IMG/VR virus record: IMGVR_UViG_2941446319_000001
Direction: 5' to 3' (one strand)
DNA length: 64,000 nt
Source of the DNA: an uncultured virus (IMG/VR IMGVR_UViG_2941446319_000001)
Taxonomy: Duplodnaviria; Heunggongvirae; Uroviricota; Caudoviricetes
The position numbers and the translations under genes were made by a program. This document shows positions 55,321-64,000 of this stretch, in pieces. Position 1 is the stretch's first letter, and every line of letters begins with the position of its first letter. Below the pieces are notes generated by a model. That model did not search any database, had not been told where the DNA came from, and was given only the letters and a program-made list of their open reading frames with translations.

Positions 55321-57972
55321 TCAGGGTGCGACCGTCCAGCGGCGGCGGGTTCTGGTCGTGCCCCAGTCGCGGTCTGCGGTAGGGCTCGTCCAGCGCCGTT
55401 TCGCCGGCTGATCGCCGAGGCGTGCGTGGATGTCTCCGACCTGGCCTGTGGACACGGTCGGGCTTGGGATGGAGGCGGTGGCGGCGACGGTTGGAGGCCG
55501 TGCCGTAGTCGAGATCAGCGCCGCGGGGATGGTCGCGTGGGCTGCCACTGCTGCGGGTGTGGCTGCGACGAGCGTCACCGTGGTCGGGGTGTGAACCGCG
55601 GCGGTGGCCAGGACTACAGCCGGTGCTGCGGTGGAGCCGGCCGAGGTGTCGGACCCAGGGATGGACGCCGATGCGTTGATCGTGGCCGGTGTGGCGGTCG
55701 CGTTGCCGCCGGCCTGGACGGTCGGCGTGGGCACCGTGACGCTGGCTGTGACCGCGCCTGGCGTTGCTGTCGCCCCCGTCGCCACGGTGGGCGCAGGGAT
55801 GCTCGCAGAAGCGGCTACGACGCCAGGAGAGGCGGTAGTGCCAGTAGATGCCCCAGCGGCGGGAATCGACGCCGTAGCGGCGACTACAGCCGCTTGTGCG
55901 GTGGATCCTGCTGTGATGTCCGGGGCTGGGATGTCCGCTGCAGCCTGGACTGTGGCAGGCGAGGCCGTCGAGGAGGAGCCGGACTGGACGGCCGGCGCCG
56001 GGATCGTGGCGACGGCGGACACGACTGCCGGGGTGGCGGTCATGTCCGCGGCGACGTCAGGGGTGGGGATGGTGGTGGTCGCCGGAACCACGCCAGGTGT
56101 CGCGGTTGCCCCGGTGGACACGGTGGGCGCCGGAATCGTGGTCGTGGCCCCGACGACGAGCGGGGCGGCTGTGGAGCCGGTGGAGACGGTCGCAGCGGGG
56201 ATGCTGGCCGACGCGGTGACCGTGGCTGGGAGGGCTGCGGTGACCGCTGTAACGGACGGCGCGGGGATGCTGGCCGTCGCCTGGACGGTGGCCGGTGAAG
56301 CGGTGGCGCCCGCGCTGGCCGTGGGTGTCGGCACCGTAGCGGTCGCCTGGACGACCATAGCGGCGATGACAGAGCCCGTGGACACCGTCGGGGCAGAGAT
56401 CGACGCGGTAGCCGCTACGACGCTCGGAAAGGCCGTCGAGCCCGCGCTGGCGGTGGGAGCCGGGACCGTAGAGGTCGCGGCCACCACGGCAGGGGAAGCG
56501 GTCGAGCCGGTCGATGCGGCGGGCGCGGGGATCGACGCGGACGCCTGCACGGCAGCGGGTGTCACGGTCGCGTCGGGGTTGGCGAGCGCCGGGGCGAAAC
56601 CGAGCGTCACCCCAGAGACGGCAGCGAGGACGACGGTAGAGGTGAAGTTCTCGGTGCCGGTGGGGCTGGTGGAGGACAGTTCGCGGGTCGCCGCTGTGGC
56701 GGTGGTGTATGTGGTGGACTGGACGTCGGCGATCTCATCCAGACCGGCCGGCGGCGTCCAGGTGGAGGCCTCACCGACGGCGACACCGACCGCGAAACGC
56801 AACTCCAGCGAGTTGGCTGCGGGTGGGGTGATGCCGGGTGTGGGGGTGGTGGCGGTTTCTGCGGCGTTGGCGAGCGCAAAGGTGGGCTCGTCGGTGCCGG
56901 CGTCTTGGACGGCGACGATGATGACGGTGCCGTCTGACTGGGTGTCCTGGCCGAAGTCCCAGGTGGCGGGTTCGGTGCCGTCCGCGATCCGCCAGTACAC
57001 GACCACTTGGAGTTGGTCTTCGCCTGCGGTGTAGGTGGTGAGCTGCGTCCAGTCGGGGTCGGCGGTCATGTCGGCGAGGGTGCCGACGTCGCAGGCGTGG
57101 TGGGCGAGCAGCAGGTCGCCTGTCTGGCTGGTGGGGGCGGGCGTGGTGAGGGTGGGGAGCCGGTCGCCGATGAAGCTGATGTCGCGTACGGCGGGGTTGA
57201 GGCCGGGCGTGCTTGCGGCCGGGGCGGGGATCGTGGCGACGGCCTGGACGACGGCGGGGGTGGCGGTGGCGTTGCCGGTCGTGGTGACGGTCGGGGACGG
57301 GATCGACGCGGTCGCCTGAACCACGGCAGGGGTGGCGGTCGCGTCCGTGCCCGCCACCGCCGATGGGACGCACGCCACGAACGCGAGACGGGCGTCCATG
57401 CTGGCCGCCGACGCGAACGTCAACGTGCCCGTCGATCCGCCCGTGGTGCGGTGGCGGGTAGACGACGCCCCAGACGTGCGAGTCCCCGACTGCGCCTCGC
57501 CCCGCTTGGTGTGAGGAGCCGACACACCCCACGGGGTGAGAGTCGCACCGAGGGTGACATCGCCGAACGCGAACCGGATCTCGCAGTCGTCCTCGCCGAT
57601 GGCGGTGGTGGACGGGGTGGTCACGTTCGTGCCGAAGCCGGAGCTGTTGCTGTTCGAGGCGGGTGTGGTGGCTCCGTCGGCGTCCTGGACGGCGATGATG
57701 ATGACGACACCGGCGGAGGTGTTGGCCTGCCCGAAGCTGTAGCTGCCGGGCTCGGACGGGCCTGCGACCTTCCACCACAGCTTGCCGATGACCGTGGCCG
57801 AGCGCTGCTGCAGCAGCGTCCACCCGGACGCGGTCAGTGAGCCGATCGCGCCGGCGTTGCCCGTGTGGGCGGCGATCAGCACATCGCCTTCGACAACACC
57901 GGACGGCTTGTTGCAGGAGATGCTGGTGGAGGTGCCGGTGGCGGTGGTGTGGGACCGGTACGTTGCCGCCAC
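55321..57972 (-). CDS. Long fibre/filament-like protein with two beta domains and many ~21-23 aa A/T/P/V repeats
   Basis: KPSGVVEGDVLIAAH and TGDLLLAHH domains; repeats of the type ATPAVVQATASIPAPTVSTG. Confidence 0.75.
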   Translation of the reverse strand: MAATYRSHTTATGTSTSISCNKPSGVVEGDVLIAAHTGNAGAIGSLTASGWTLLQQRSATVIGKLWWKVAGPSEPGSYSFGQANTSAGVVIIIAVQDADGATTPASNSNSSGFGTNVTTPSTTAIGEDDCEIRFAFGDVTLGATLTPWGVSAPHTKRGEAQSGTRTSGASSTRHRTTGGSTGTLTFASAASMDARLAFVACVPSAVAGTDATATPAVVQATASIPSPTVTTTGNATATPAVVQAVATIPAPAASTPGLNPAVRDISFIGDRLPTLTTPAPTSQTGDLLLAHHACDVGTLADMTADPDWTQLTTYTAGEDQLQVVVYWRIADGTEPATWDFGQDTQSDGTVIIVAVQDAGTDEPTFALANAAETATTPTPGITPPAANSLELRFAVGVAVGEASTWTPPAGLDEIADVQSTTYTTATAATRELSSTSPTGTENFTSTVVLAAVSGVTLGFAPALANPDATVTPAAVQASASIPAPAASTGSTASPAVVAATSTVPAPTASAGSTAFPSVVAATASISAPTVSTGSVIAAMVVQATATVPTPTASAGATASPATVQATASIPAPSVTAVTAALPATVTASASIPAATVSTGSTAAPLVVGATTTIPAPTVSTGATATPGVVPATTTIPTPDVAADMTATPAVVSAVATIPAPAVQSGSSSTASPATVQAAADIPAPDITAGSTAQAAVVAATASIPAAGASTGTTASPGVVAASASIPAPTVATGATATPGAVTASVTVPTPTVQAGGNATATPATINASASIPGSDTSAGSTAAPAVVLATAAVHTPTTVTLVAATPAAVAAHATIPAALISTTARPPTVAATASIPSPTVSTGQVGDIHARLGDQPAKRRWTSPTADRDWGTTRTRRRWTVAP

Positions 57973-58042
57973 GCCAACCCCCTGACATGCGAAAACCGCC
58001 CGTAGGCGGCAGAGTCAGGAGGTCAGGCAGCGTCGTGGAAGG

Positions 58043-58504
58043 TCAGGGGACAAGGTCCAGTGCGGCCCAGCCGCTAGCCGAGACCTGGATCAGCAGGGTT
58101 CCTGCAGACGTCGCGTAGTCCTGGGTCAGGTCCACGAGCAGGAACGCCGACTTGGGCGTGAGGCCGTTGTTGTAGATCAGGACGCCGCGTACGCCGGTGA
58201 GCGTCGAGGACGACCACGATGGGTCGGCGGAGTCGAAGGTGAGCACCCCGGACGAGCCGGTCAGGGTCGTGGTGGTGAGGACGACTCCACCAGCGGTGTA
58301 ACCGGTGCCCGAGACCTCGTTGGCGTTCCAGACGCCCGCGCCATAGGCAGCATTCGCCGTTGACGTGCTGTAATCGGGAGTCACACTGTTGGTGAAGAGA
58401 GCGGCCTTGATCAGGGTCTCGCTCTCCAGGTCCAGATCGAGGTTCGAGTCGCCGAGCGACGCCCCGATGTTGTTGACGAAGATGCCGCTTCCGGAGATCG
58501 CCAC
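58043..58504 (-). CDS. Virion structural protein, paralog of 34810-35274
   Basis: KAALF..TPDYS..ANEVSGTGYTAGGVVLT..FDSADPSW. Confidence 0.72.
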   Translation of the reverse strand: MAISGSGIFVNNIGASLGDSNLDLDLESETLIKAALFTNSVTPDYSTSTANAAYGAGVWNANEVSGTGYTAGGVVLTTTTLTGSSGVLTFDSADPSWSSSTLTGVRGVLIYNNGLTPKSAFLLVDLTQDYATSAGTLLIQVSASGWAALDLVP

Positions 58505-58507
58505 TGG

Positions 58508-58735
58508 TCAGCCCTCCTGTCCCATGGTCTCGACGTAGGCGTCTCCGCCCACGGATGTGGTCTCATCGCGCGCGAGAGAGCGCGCCCCCCGCAGGGCGTC
58601 AGCCGCCTCGCGGATGCGGTCCTGGTCCCCCGACTGCTTGGCGTCGATCAGGTCGGCTTCGAGCCCACCCAGCGCGTCCAGGGCGTCGGCCTGTGCTCGG
58701 AGTTCGGCGGCGGCGCGCTTAGCGCTGCTGGACAT
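58508..58735 (-). CDS. Small helical hypothetical protein
   Basis: AAGGAG RBS. Confidence 0.65.
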   Translation of the reverse strand: MSSSAKRAAAELRAQADALDALGGLEADLIDAKQSGDQDRIREAADALRGARSLARDETTSVGGDAYVETMGQEG

Positions 58736-59003
58736 CGGTGGTCTCCTTCTTCATTGCGGAGGCGAGAATGACGGCCCGAACCGTTTCGAGGTTCTTGATG
58801 GTCACGTCCTGCCGGTCCGACCCGTACTGGCGGACCTCGTTGCCGAGCTGGTCCAGGACGCGTTTCTCGGACGGGGTGTCCACGAGCACCTGATCTCGGG
58901 TGGCGTTCGTCCATCCGCCGGCGCGGGTTTGCACACCCTTCGACTTCAGCCACTCCCCGTACGGGCCGTGACGCTCGCGGTCGTACTCCTCGCGCATGAC
59001 CAC
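58719..59003 (-). CDS. Small protein, paralog of 35285-35524
   Basis: ATRDQVLVDTPSEKRVLDQLG. Confidence 0.65.
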   Translation of the reverse strand: MVMREEYDRERHGPYGEWLKSKGVQTRAGGWTNATRDQVLVDTPSEKRVLDQLGNEVRQYGSDRQDVTIKNLETVRAVILASAMKKETTDVQQR

Positions 59004-59056
59004 CCCCGGAATGCGAATGGCCCGCTCGGTGGCGGGCCTCAGGTGGTCAGATGCGG

Positions 59057-59306
59057 TTACGGGTGGTCGGGCTGCGCTCTCGTACGCGGCACCCGCGAGT
59101 AGTCCTCACCGGGGATCGGCTCAACCTCGTGAGCCATGAACCACACCCGGCGCGGTGCTTGGAGGCCCGCCTCGGTAGCCGGGGGCGATCTCCACGATCT
59201 CGACCAGTGCTTCCCACGAGCCGTCCGGCTTGCGACGCCACTCGATCAAGCCGCCTGCCATGGCGTGGTGGCCTGGGAGGCGGACAGATGGTGGAAGGCC
59301 CTGCAT
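59057..59306 (-). pseudogene. Small gene with an apparent 1-nt frameshift
   Basis: MQGLPPSVRLP..EWRRKPDGSWEALV..GYRGG continues in another frame as LQAPRRVWFMAHEVEPIPGEDYSRVPRTR; span 250 nt = 3n+1. Confidence 0.5.
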
Positions 59307-59349
59307 GCTGCGACGATACCCAGCGGTCGAACGGGCATTCGAGTCAGGG

Positions 59350-59877
59350 TTAGAAGTCGTGGGCGCATGCCGGGCAGACGTAGATCTTCTGCAGGTCTGT
59401 CTGCGCGACCATCGGCGGGTTGTCCGGGGAGGTCTCCGCGTTGATCCGGGCCACGAGGGCGACATGCTCGGCCATCAGATCAGCGGCGGTCGGGTAGACG
59501 CGGCTGCACTCGCGGCAGGTCCGGTAGGGGGCGCTCTCCGACTTCACCGCGTTGGCGTAGTCCTCGGGCACCCACGGCCCCTGGAGAGTGGCGTACGCCG
59601 GATGGTCAGCGAAGCGGGCGATACGAGCAGGGAAGACCTCGGTCTCGTACTCCCGGCGGGCGTACGACAAGTCCACGTTGCCGGGGCACTCCATGGCCAC
59701 GCAGTAGTCGTAGCGCTCCAGCAGGCGGCGGTCAGCTTCGATGTTCGCCTTCAGCCTGTCGCCGTAGACGCGGAGGTAGCCCTGTACGAGAGGGCCGCTC
59801 GTCAAGCGGTCCAGGTCCGCCGCCTCCTCATCGAGGCGGGCGCGGAAGAACTCGACGATCGCGGCTTCTCGCTCCAC
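59350..59877 (-). CDS. DUF6221-like phage protein with C-terminal Cys-rich extension
   Basis: IVEFFRARLDEE..NIEADRRLL..FADHPAY; CREC..CPAC. Confidence 0.65.
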   Translation of the reverse strand: MEREAAIVEFFRARLDEEAADLDRLTSGPLVQGYLRVYGDRLKANIEADRRLLERYDYCVAMECPGNVDLSYARREYETEVFPARIARFADHPAYATLQGPWVPEDYANAVKSESAPYRTCRECSRVYPTAADLMAEHVALVARINAETSPDNPPMVAQTDLQKIYVCPACAHDF

Positions 59878-59894
59878 GAGGGGGCTCCAGGGTG

Positions 59895-59952
59895 AGGGGG
59901 TTGATCCGGGCGGACGGCGGCGTGCAGCTCAGACCGCCCGCCCGGAGGCCTA
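59895..59952. repeat. Intergenic hairpin element, copy 1
   Basis: agggggttgatccgggcggacggcggcgtgcagctcagaccgcccgcccggaggccta. Confidence 0.85.
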
Positions 59953-59955
59953 AAG

Positions 59956-60072
59956 TCAGCGCCTGCTCCTGCGGAAGCTTCGTTCCACGAGCCAGCAGGC
60001 GAGCACCTGAATGGTGACGGAGAAGACCAGAGCAGCCACGGTCATGAGAGCCCAGAAGGCATCGTCATCCAT
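59956..60072 (-). CDS. Very small TM protein
   Basis: Own translation MDDDAFWALMTVAALVFSVTIQVLACWLVERSFRRSRR. Confidence 0.4.
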   Translation of the reverse strand: MDDDAFWALMTVAALVFSVTIQVLACWLVERSFRRSRR

Positions 60073-60126
60073 CGACGACCGCCCCGTACATCTGGGCGAG
60101 TTCTTCGGGCGCAGAGATGTACGGCA

Positions 60127-60648
60127 TCAGTCGCTCACCCACTCCGGGTTGAAGCCGGGACGGTGGCGGTAGCCTTTCGCGAACCGCTTCACCAGGTAGG
60201 TGCTGGGGCCGTAGAGGGGTTCTCCAGGATGGTCCGGATCTCCTGCCCCTTGGCCTTCTCCATAGGCGATCTCGTCAAGCTGGTCCACGATGGAGACCAT
60301 CACGTCGAGCAGCGCCAGTTCGGCTTCACACCGGGCGATCGTGTCCCGAGGCTGCTGGAGCACGATGTGGTCAGCGGCTTCCCGCTTCCACACGCCGCCG
60401 CCGTCGTCGTACTCGGTGGTCGCGACAGGGCTAAGCACCGGGACCTCGGTCTCTTGCTCGGTCTCCCGGTCGTATTTCCACGTCGTATCGCCTGTAGGCG
60501 CTCCGTGGATCTGCCAGGCGTCGGTATCGCTGCCCTGCCCGTCTTGCCCGGTGTTCACCCACGGGCCAGGGGATGCCTCGTCGGCCGCCTTTGCCTGAGT
60601 GAGGTCGCCTTCGATGGTGGCTCTCAGCCACGCCAGCAGGTCATCCAT
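60127..60648 (-). CDS. DUF6221-family protein
   Basis: MDDLLAWLRATIEGD..ADHIVLQQPRDTIARCEAELAL..YRHRPGFNPEW. Confidence 0.8.
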   Translation of the reverse strand: MDDLLAWLRATIEGDLTQAKAADEASPGPWVNTGQDGQGSDTDAWQIHGAPTGDTTWKYDRETEQETEVPVLSPVATTEYDDGGGVWKREAADHIVLQQPRDTIARCEAELALLDVMVSIVDQLDEIAYGEGQGAGDPDHPGEPLYGPSTYLVKRFAKGYRHRPGFNPEWVSD

Positions 60649-60958
60649 GAGCGTTGCCGAGAGGCTCGGAGATCATGCGGTCGTTCAGCAGCGTCTCTAG
60701 ATCGCCGTGCTGCGGTGGGCGGGAGATGAGCCGGGACAGCGCCAACTCCGGGCCGTAGCCTGGGCAGCGGTGGTGCCAGTCGATCACCTCGTACACGGTG
60801 GTGCCGCACACCGTGATCCGGTCGCCCTCGACGGTCACCCACTCGTTCTCGGCCAGCCACGTGCGAGGGAAAGCAGCGGTGCGGTCAGCCCAGGTGACGC
60901 ATGCGTCGCCGTACGCGCCGACATCGACGGTCACGGCGCCGTGATTGCAGAAGGCCAT
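60641..60958 (-). CDS. Hypothetical protein
   Basis: AGGA RBS; overlaps next gene. Confidence 0.55.
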   Translation of the reverse strand: MAFCNHGAVTVDVGAYGDACVTWADRTAAFPRTWLAENEWVTVEGDRITVCGTTVYEVIDWHHRCPGYGPELALSRLISRPPQHGDLETLLNDRMISEPLGNAHG

Positions 60959-60976
60959 GAGCGGTCCTAGGAGGTC

Positions 60977-61035
60977 AGGGGGTTGATGTCCGGGCGGACG
61001 GTGGCGTGCAGTCGGACCGCCCGCCCGGAGGTCTA
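60977..61035. repeat. Intergenic hairpin element, copy 2
   Basis: agggggttgatgtccgggcggacggtggcgtgcagtcggaccgcccgcccggaggtcta. Confidence 0.85.
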
Positions 61036-61040
61036 GGGGG

Positions 61041-61391
61041 TCAAGGTCGGACCCACTGCTGACGTTCGCGACTCCACACCAGTTCGCGCCTGCCTGCGGC
61101 GATCAGCAGCCTGTTCAGGTCCGGCCGCGCCTCGGGGTGGTCTGGCTCGCATGCCACCCAGCCGCCGTTGCCCGGCCGCCAGATGCACCACCAGCCCTCA
61201 CGCTCACACTCGACGTTGCCGGGCCAGGCGCCCGTCCAGATCGCGAACACCTCGGCGAACTCGTGCTCTCGGCACTGGAGTTGCTGCGTGCCGCAGAGCG
61301 GGCAGCGGGCTACGTCGCAGCCGATCTCGTGCGGACCGTCGGGCTCGACCTGACAGTCCGGGCAGCGAAGATCCTTGGTCGCGGCGGTCAC
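61041..61391 (-). CDS. Cys-rich zinc-binding phage protein
   Basis: CPDC..H..GCDVARCPLCG.Q.LQC..WTGAWPG; GTGA coupling. Confidence 0.72.
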   Translation of the reverse strand: MTAATKDLRCPDCQVEPDGPHEIGCDVARCPLCGTQQLQCREHEFAEVFAIWTGAWPGNVECEREGWWCIWRPGNGGWVACEPDHPEARPDLNRLLIAAGRRELVWSRERQQWVRP

Positions 61392-62344
61392 GGGCGGATC
61401 ACCTTCGGGTCCAGCGTGTTGTACTCGCCGATGGTCGAGTGGATGCGCTTCCATGCGTGCCGGACGCCCTTCGGGGTGAGGCGGGCGTACGTGGTGAGGA
61501 GCGTGCCCCGCGTGTGCGTCTCGTAGTCGGTGGTGGCGTTCTCGCACCAGCCCGCCTTGAGAGCGGTCGCGGTCGCCTGCCCCTTCTCTGAAGTACCAGC
61601 CCGGATGACCATCCCGATCATGCCGAGGTAGGCGAAGACGTGTTCCTGCAGCACCTTGATGCCGCGAGGGTGCGCCCACTGCTGGACGTTACGGGCGAAG
61701 GTGCGGACCGTCATGGTTCCGTTAGCGGCGGCGAAGGTCTCGGCGAGTTCGTGACCCGGTGTCAGTTCCTTGATCTTCTCGTCGCGCTGCTCAACCTGTC
61801 GCTCGGCCTGCATACGCGCCATCACCTGATCGCGGAGCATGTCCAGCACGACCAGCACGCCCTCTGGCGTGGTCGTGTCCGGGACCGCCAGATCGGTCGC
61901 GGACGTCGCCGCCTGCTTCTCGGCGATCTCCTGCTTATAGGTCTGCACCGCGAAGTACGTCTGGGCGCGGGCGATGGCGGGCCGCTTGGGGTTGCCGTTC
62001 TGCGCGACGAGGAAGCTCGCGTAGCGCGTCAGCCGGTAGTCGGCCACGGCCCTGAAGGCTCCCGAGCCGATCGGGACCATTCTGTCGCGGGCGACAAAAT
62101 GGTAGGCGACCTCGAAGCCGCTCTTCTGGCAGGCTTCCATCGCCCTCTGGATGGCGTCGGAGAACTTCCGCCAGTCGGTGCCGTAGTCGAGTTCGGGCAT
62201 CAGGTCCCGTGCGAACCAGTGCTCTCCGTCCTCGTCCATGTGGCGAATCTCATCCAACGGCGACGCCGGGCCGCTCGCTGTCGAAAGCTCCAACTGTCGG
62301 CCCTGGTCGTCGGCCTCATCGTCGAACGGGATACGGTAGTCCAT
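61388..62344 (-). CDS. Phage antirepressor (BRO/DinD-like N-terminus plus KilA-C/ANT-like C-terminus)
   Basis: EHWFARDLMPELDY..WRKF..DYRLTRYASFLVAQNGNPKR..IARAQTYFAVQT; C-terminal LTPKG. Confidence 0.85.
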   Translation of the reverse strand: MDYRIPFDDEADDQGRQLELSTASGPASPLDEIRHMDEDGEHWFARDLMPELDYGTDWRKFSDAIQRAMEACQKSGFEVAYHFVARDRMVPIGSGAFRAVADYRLTRYASFLVAQNGNPKRPAIARAQTYFAVQTYKQEIAEKQAATSATDLAVPDTTTPEGVLVVLDMLRDQVMARMQAERQVEQRDEKIKELTPGHELAETFAAANGTMTVRTFARNVQQWAHPRGIKVLQEHVFAYLGMIGMVIRAGTSEKGQATATALKAGWCENATTDYETHTRGTLLTTYARLTPKGVRHAWKRIHSTIGEYNTLDPKVIRP

Positions 62345-62557
62345 GGTCGATCTCCTGGTGATGCAGGTGGTCGGCAAGCTCCGGGCGGTCGGTGAAGCGG
62401 CCGTCCGGGGCGCTCTCGATCGAGAGCCCGATGCCTAGATCTTACCGTTTGACCTGCATAAACGCCGGTTCGTCAAGCGCTCCGAAGATCGCTAGCGCGG
62501 GCATCGCAGCAGGTCAGACGGTGTGATGAACGCCACTCTCGCAGCGCCCGGTTTAGG

Positions 62558-62749
62558 TTAGAGATGTCCGTTTTCGGAGCGCCTCAGGATCAGCCGACGT
62601 ACCGCGTCAGCGTCGTACACCAGCACCCCGCCCGCGCTCTCAGCGACGATCCGGGCCCGGGCGGCGTCAGCCACCACCTGACGGGTTGGCTGCCAGTGCT
62701 GCATCCACGCCGCCACCTCGTGAAGGTGGGCAGCGGACAGGGCGGCCAT
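62558..62749 (-). CDS. Small hypothetical protein
   Basis: TGATG coupling. Confidence 0.5.
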   Translation of the reverse strand: MAALSAAHLHEVAAWMQHWQPTRQVVADAARARIVAESAGGVLVYDADAVRRLILRRSENGHL

Positions 62750-63144
62750 CAGCCCTGCCCCTCGTCGCTGAGCCCTTCTACCGGTACAAGCCGGTAGTGG
62801 GCGTCCACGTGGGACGCCTTCTCGACGGAGAACCGGCAGCCGCCGCACACAGCGTCGTCGTGCCAGTAGCCGTGGTTAAGGGTGCCGCAGTGGTGCAGCC
62901 AGGCGAACTCCTGCCGCTCGCGGTCGGCCTGCTGCTGAAGCTTGTGCACGCTCGCCGGGGTCGGCTCCGGCTCGTGGACGCTCGCACCCTCGGGCAAGTG
63001 ACACAGCATGCACCGGCCGTTCGAGTCCGCGATCGGCTCGTGCGGGTGGAACTGCATGTGCTTGTTCTGCCAGTCGAACGGGACCAGCGCCCCGCAGTCC
63101 TCGCACGCTTCGGCCTCGTTGATGCCGATCCCTTGAAAAGGCAT
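62749..63144 (-). CDS. Cys/His-rich hypothetical protein
   Basis: CEDC, CMLC, CGGC; TGATG coupling. Confidence 0.6.
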   Translation of the reverse strand: MPFQGIGINEAEACEDCGALVPFDWQNKHMQFHPHEPIADSNGRCMLCHLPEGASVHEPEPTPASVHKLQQQADRERQEFAWLHHCGTLNHGYWHDDAVCGGCRFSVEKASHVDAHYRLVPVEGLSDEGQG

Positions 63145-63806
63145 CAGGCATCCACCCGCGCCGAGCTGGACCTCAGAGTGTCCCGGTTCGGGTTCTCGCA
63201 CACCGAGAACCCGTCCGCTTCCGTATAGGTGAGGCGCTGGACGGTGAACCACCGGCCGTGCAACGACTGGCTCGGGTCTACGCCCGCCTGCCCACAGACC
63301 ATGTCGTGCGGGACGGAGAAGTGGTCGGCGGTGCTGTGGATCGGGGTCTCCAGGACGGTACGGCCATCGGCCTCGTACCAGACGCGCACGTCGATCCTGT
63401 CCAGCCCGGCGACGACCTCGGCCGCCCGCTCGTCCCGCTCTGCGAGGAACTTGACGTACTCGTCCTCTGCCGCAGCCTGGACCTTCTCCAGGTCCCAGCC
63501 CTCGACAATCAACTGATGGGGGCCGTGCGCGTTATTCTCCACCGTCACAGAGATGCGGTCCGGGTCCCCGACGAAGTCTTCCCTGCCGGAGTGGTGCTGC
63601 AGTTCGCGGTCCTTGCCGAGCGTGCGGGTGATCGTGTGCCAGTCGCGCACCTCGGGCGGCGCGTCGAGCAGCTCGAACTCTTCGACATTGTCTCCGTGCT
63701 CGTACGCTTCGGCCGCCTCGCGCGTGCTGAAGACCTGCCGGATGCTGTACCAGTAGTCGCCGGGGTCTCCGCTGGTCGCTACGTACGCCTTCATGCGCTT
63801 CTCCAC
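63144..63806 (-). CDS. Hypothetical protein
   Basis: Long acidic ORF; VFSTREAAEAY. Confidence 0.65.
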   Translation of the reverse strand: MEKRMKAYVATSGDPGDYWYSIRQVFSTREAAEAYEHGDNVEEFELLDAPPEVRDWHTITRTLGKDRELQHHSGREDFVGDPDRISVTVENNAHGPHQLIVEGWDLEKVQAAAEDEYVKFLAERDERAAEVVAGLDRIDVRVWYEADGRTVLETPIHSTADHFSVPHDMVCGQAGVDPSQSLHGRWFTVQRLTYTEADGFSVCENPNRDTLRSSSARVDA

Positions 63807-64000
63807 AGGGGGTGCAGGGGGTTAAGCGCGGCATGCCTACAACCCCCCAGCTAAGACATGCCGCGCGTTCAAGGGGGATGGCAGGGCCGGTCCGGGTGAG
63901 CCCTCAGCACCAGAGGATCGGACCGGCCCGCCAAGGCGCTCAAGCAGCACGGGGGCACCGCGAGCGCCGGGCGCACTCCTCGGGGGAGGGCGCGTATCGG

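Larger units (their letters stand above)
7183..64000. mobile_element. Temperate siphovirus prophage integrated at tRNA-Val; right end beyond the window
   Basis: att remnant, recombinase, lysis cassette, tape measure, tail, capsid, portal, terminase and antirepressor genes. Confidence 0.9.

Noticed and set aside
33263..59003. Diversity-generating retroelement or invertible tail-fibre switch behind the duplicated fibre genes
   Set aside because: No reverse transcriptase or invertase nearby; both modules are on the same strand and similarity is at protein level, not adenine-specific.
62450..62520. TGACCTGC...GCAGGTCA inverted pair as a recombination site
   Set aside because: Only 8 bp with a long spacer; could be an operator upstream of the antirepressor but is unsupported.

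Overview
High-GC actinomycete chromosome (a filamentous actinomycete is inferred from gene content). Positions 1-7.18 kb are host or decayed-island DNA: a cyclase, a PQQ-type sugar dehydrogenase with a CBM2 domain, small secreted proteins and an integrase remnant. At 7183-7228 lies the isolated 3' half of a tRNA-Val(TAC), an att site. Everything from there to the window end looks like one large temperate siphovirus prophage that continues past 64000. Its left accessory arm (7.3-27.6 kb) holds a Cre-like tyrosine recombinase, a secreted nuclease, a HicAB-like pair and several regulators. It also holds a Streptomyces-plasmid/AICE-type conjugation module: membrane proteins, a TraB-like FtsK translocase with a C-terminal winged helix, and directly downstream a clt-like cluster of 8-bp GTGGACCT repeats. 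Further along are a regulator / radical SAM / dTMP-kinase-like / Nudix cassette and a class F sortase with its apparent substrate. The minus strand from 27.7 to 53.3 kb carries the lysis, tail, head and packaging genes, including a -1 frameshift site in the tail chaperone, an antisense membrane moron and an antisense HNH gene. A second, paralogous tail-fibre-like module lies upstream of the terminase (55-59 kb), followed by small genes and an antirepressor. The leading candidate for an undescribed system is a virion-encoding prophage that carries its own TraB/clt conjugative transfer system. The radical SAM / kinase / Nudix nucleotide cassette is second. All assignments come from motif recognition by eye; no database searches were run.
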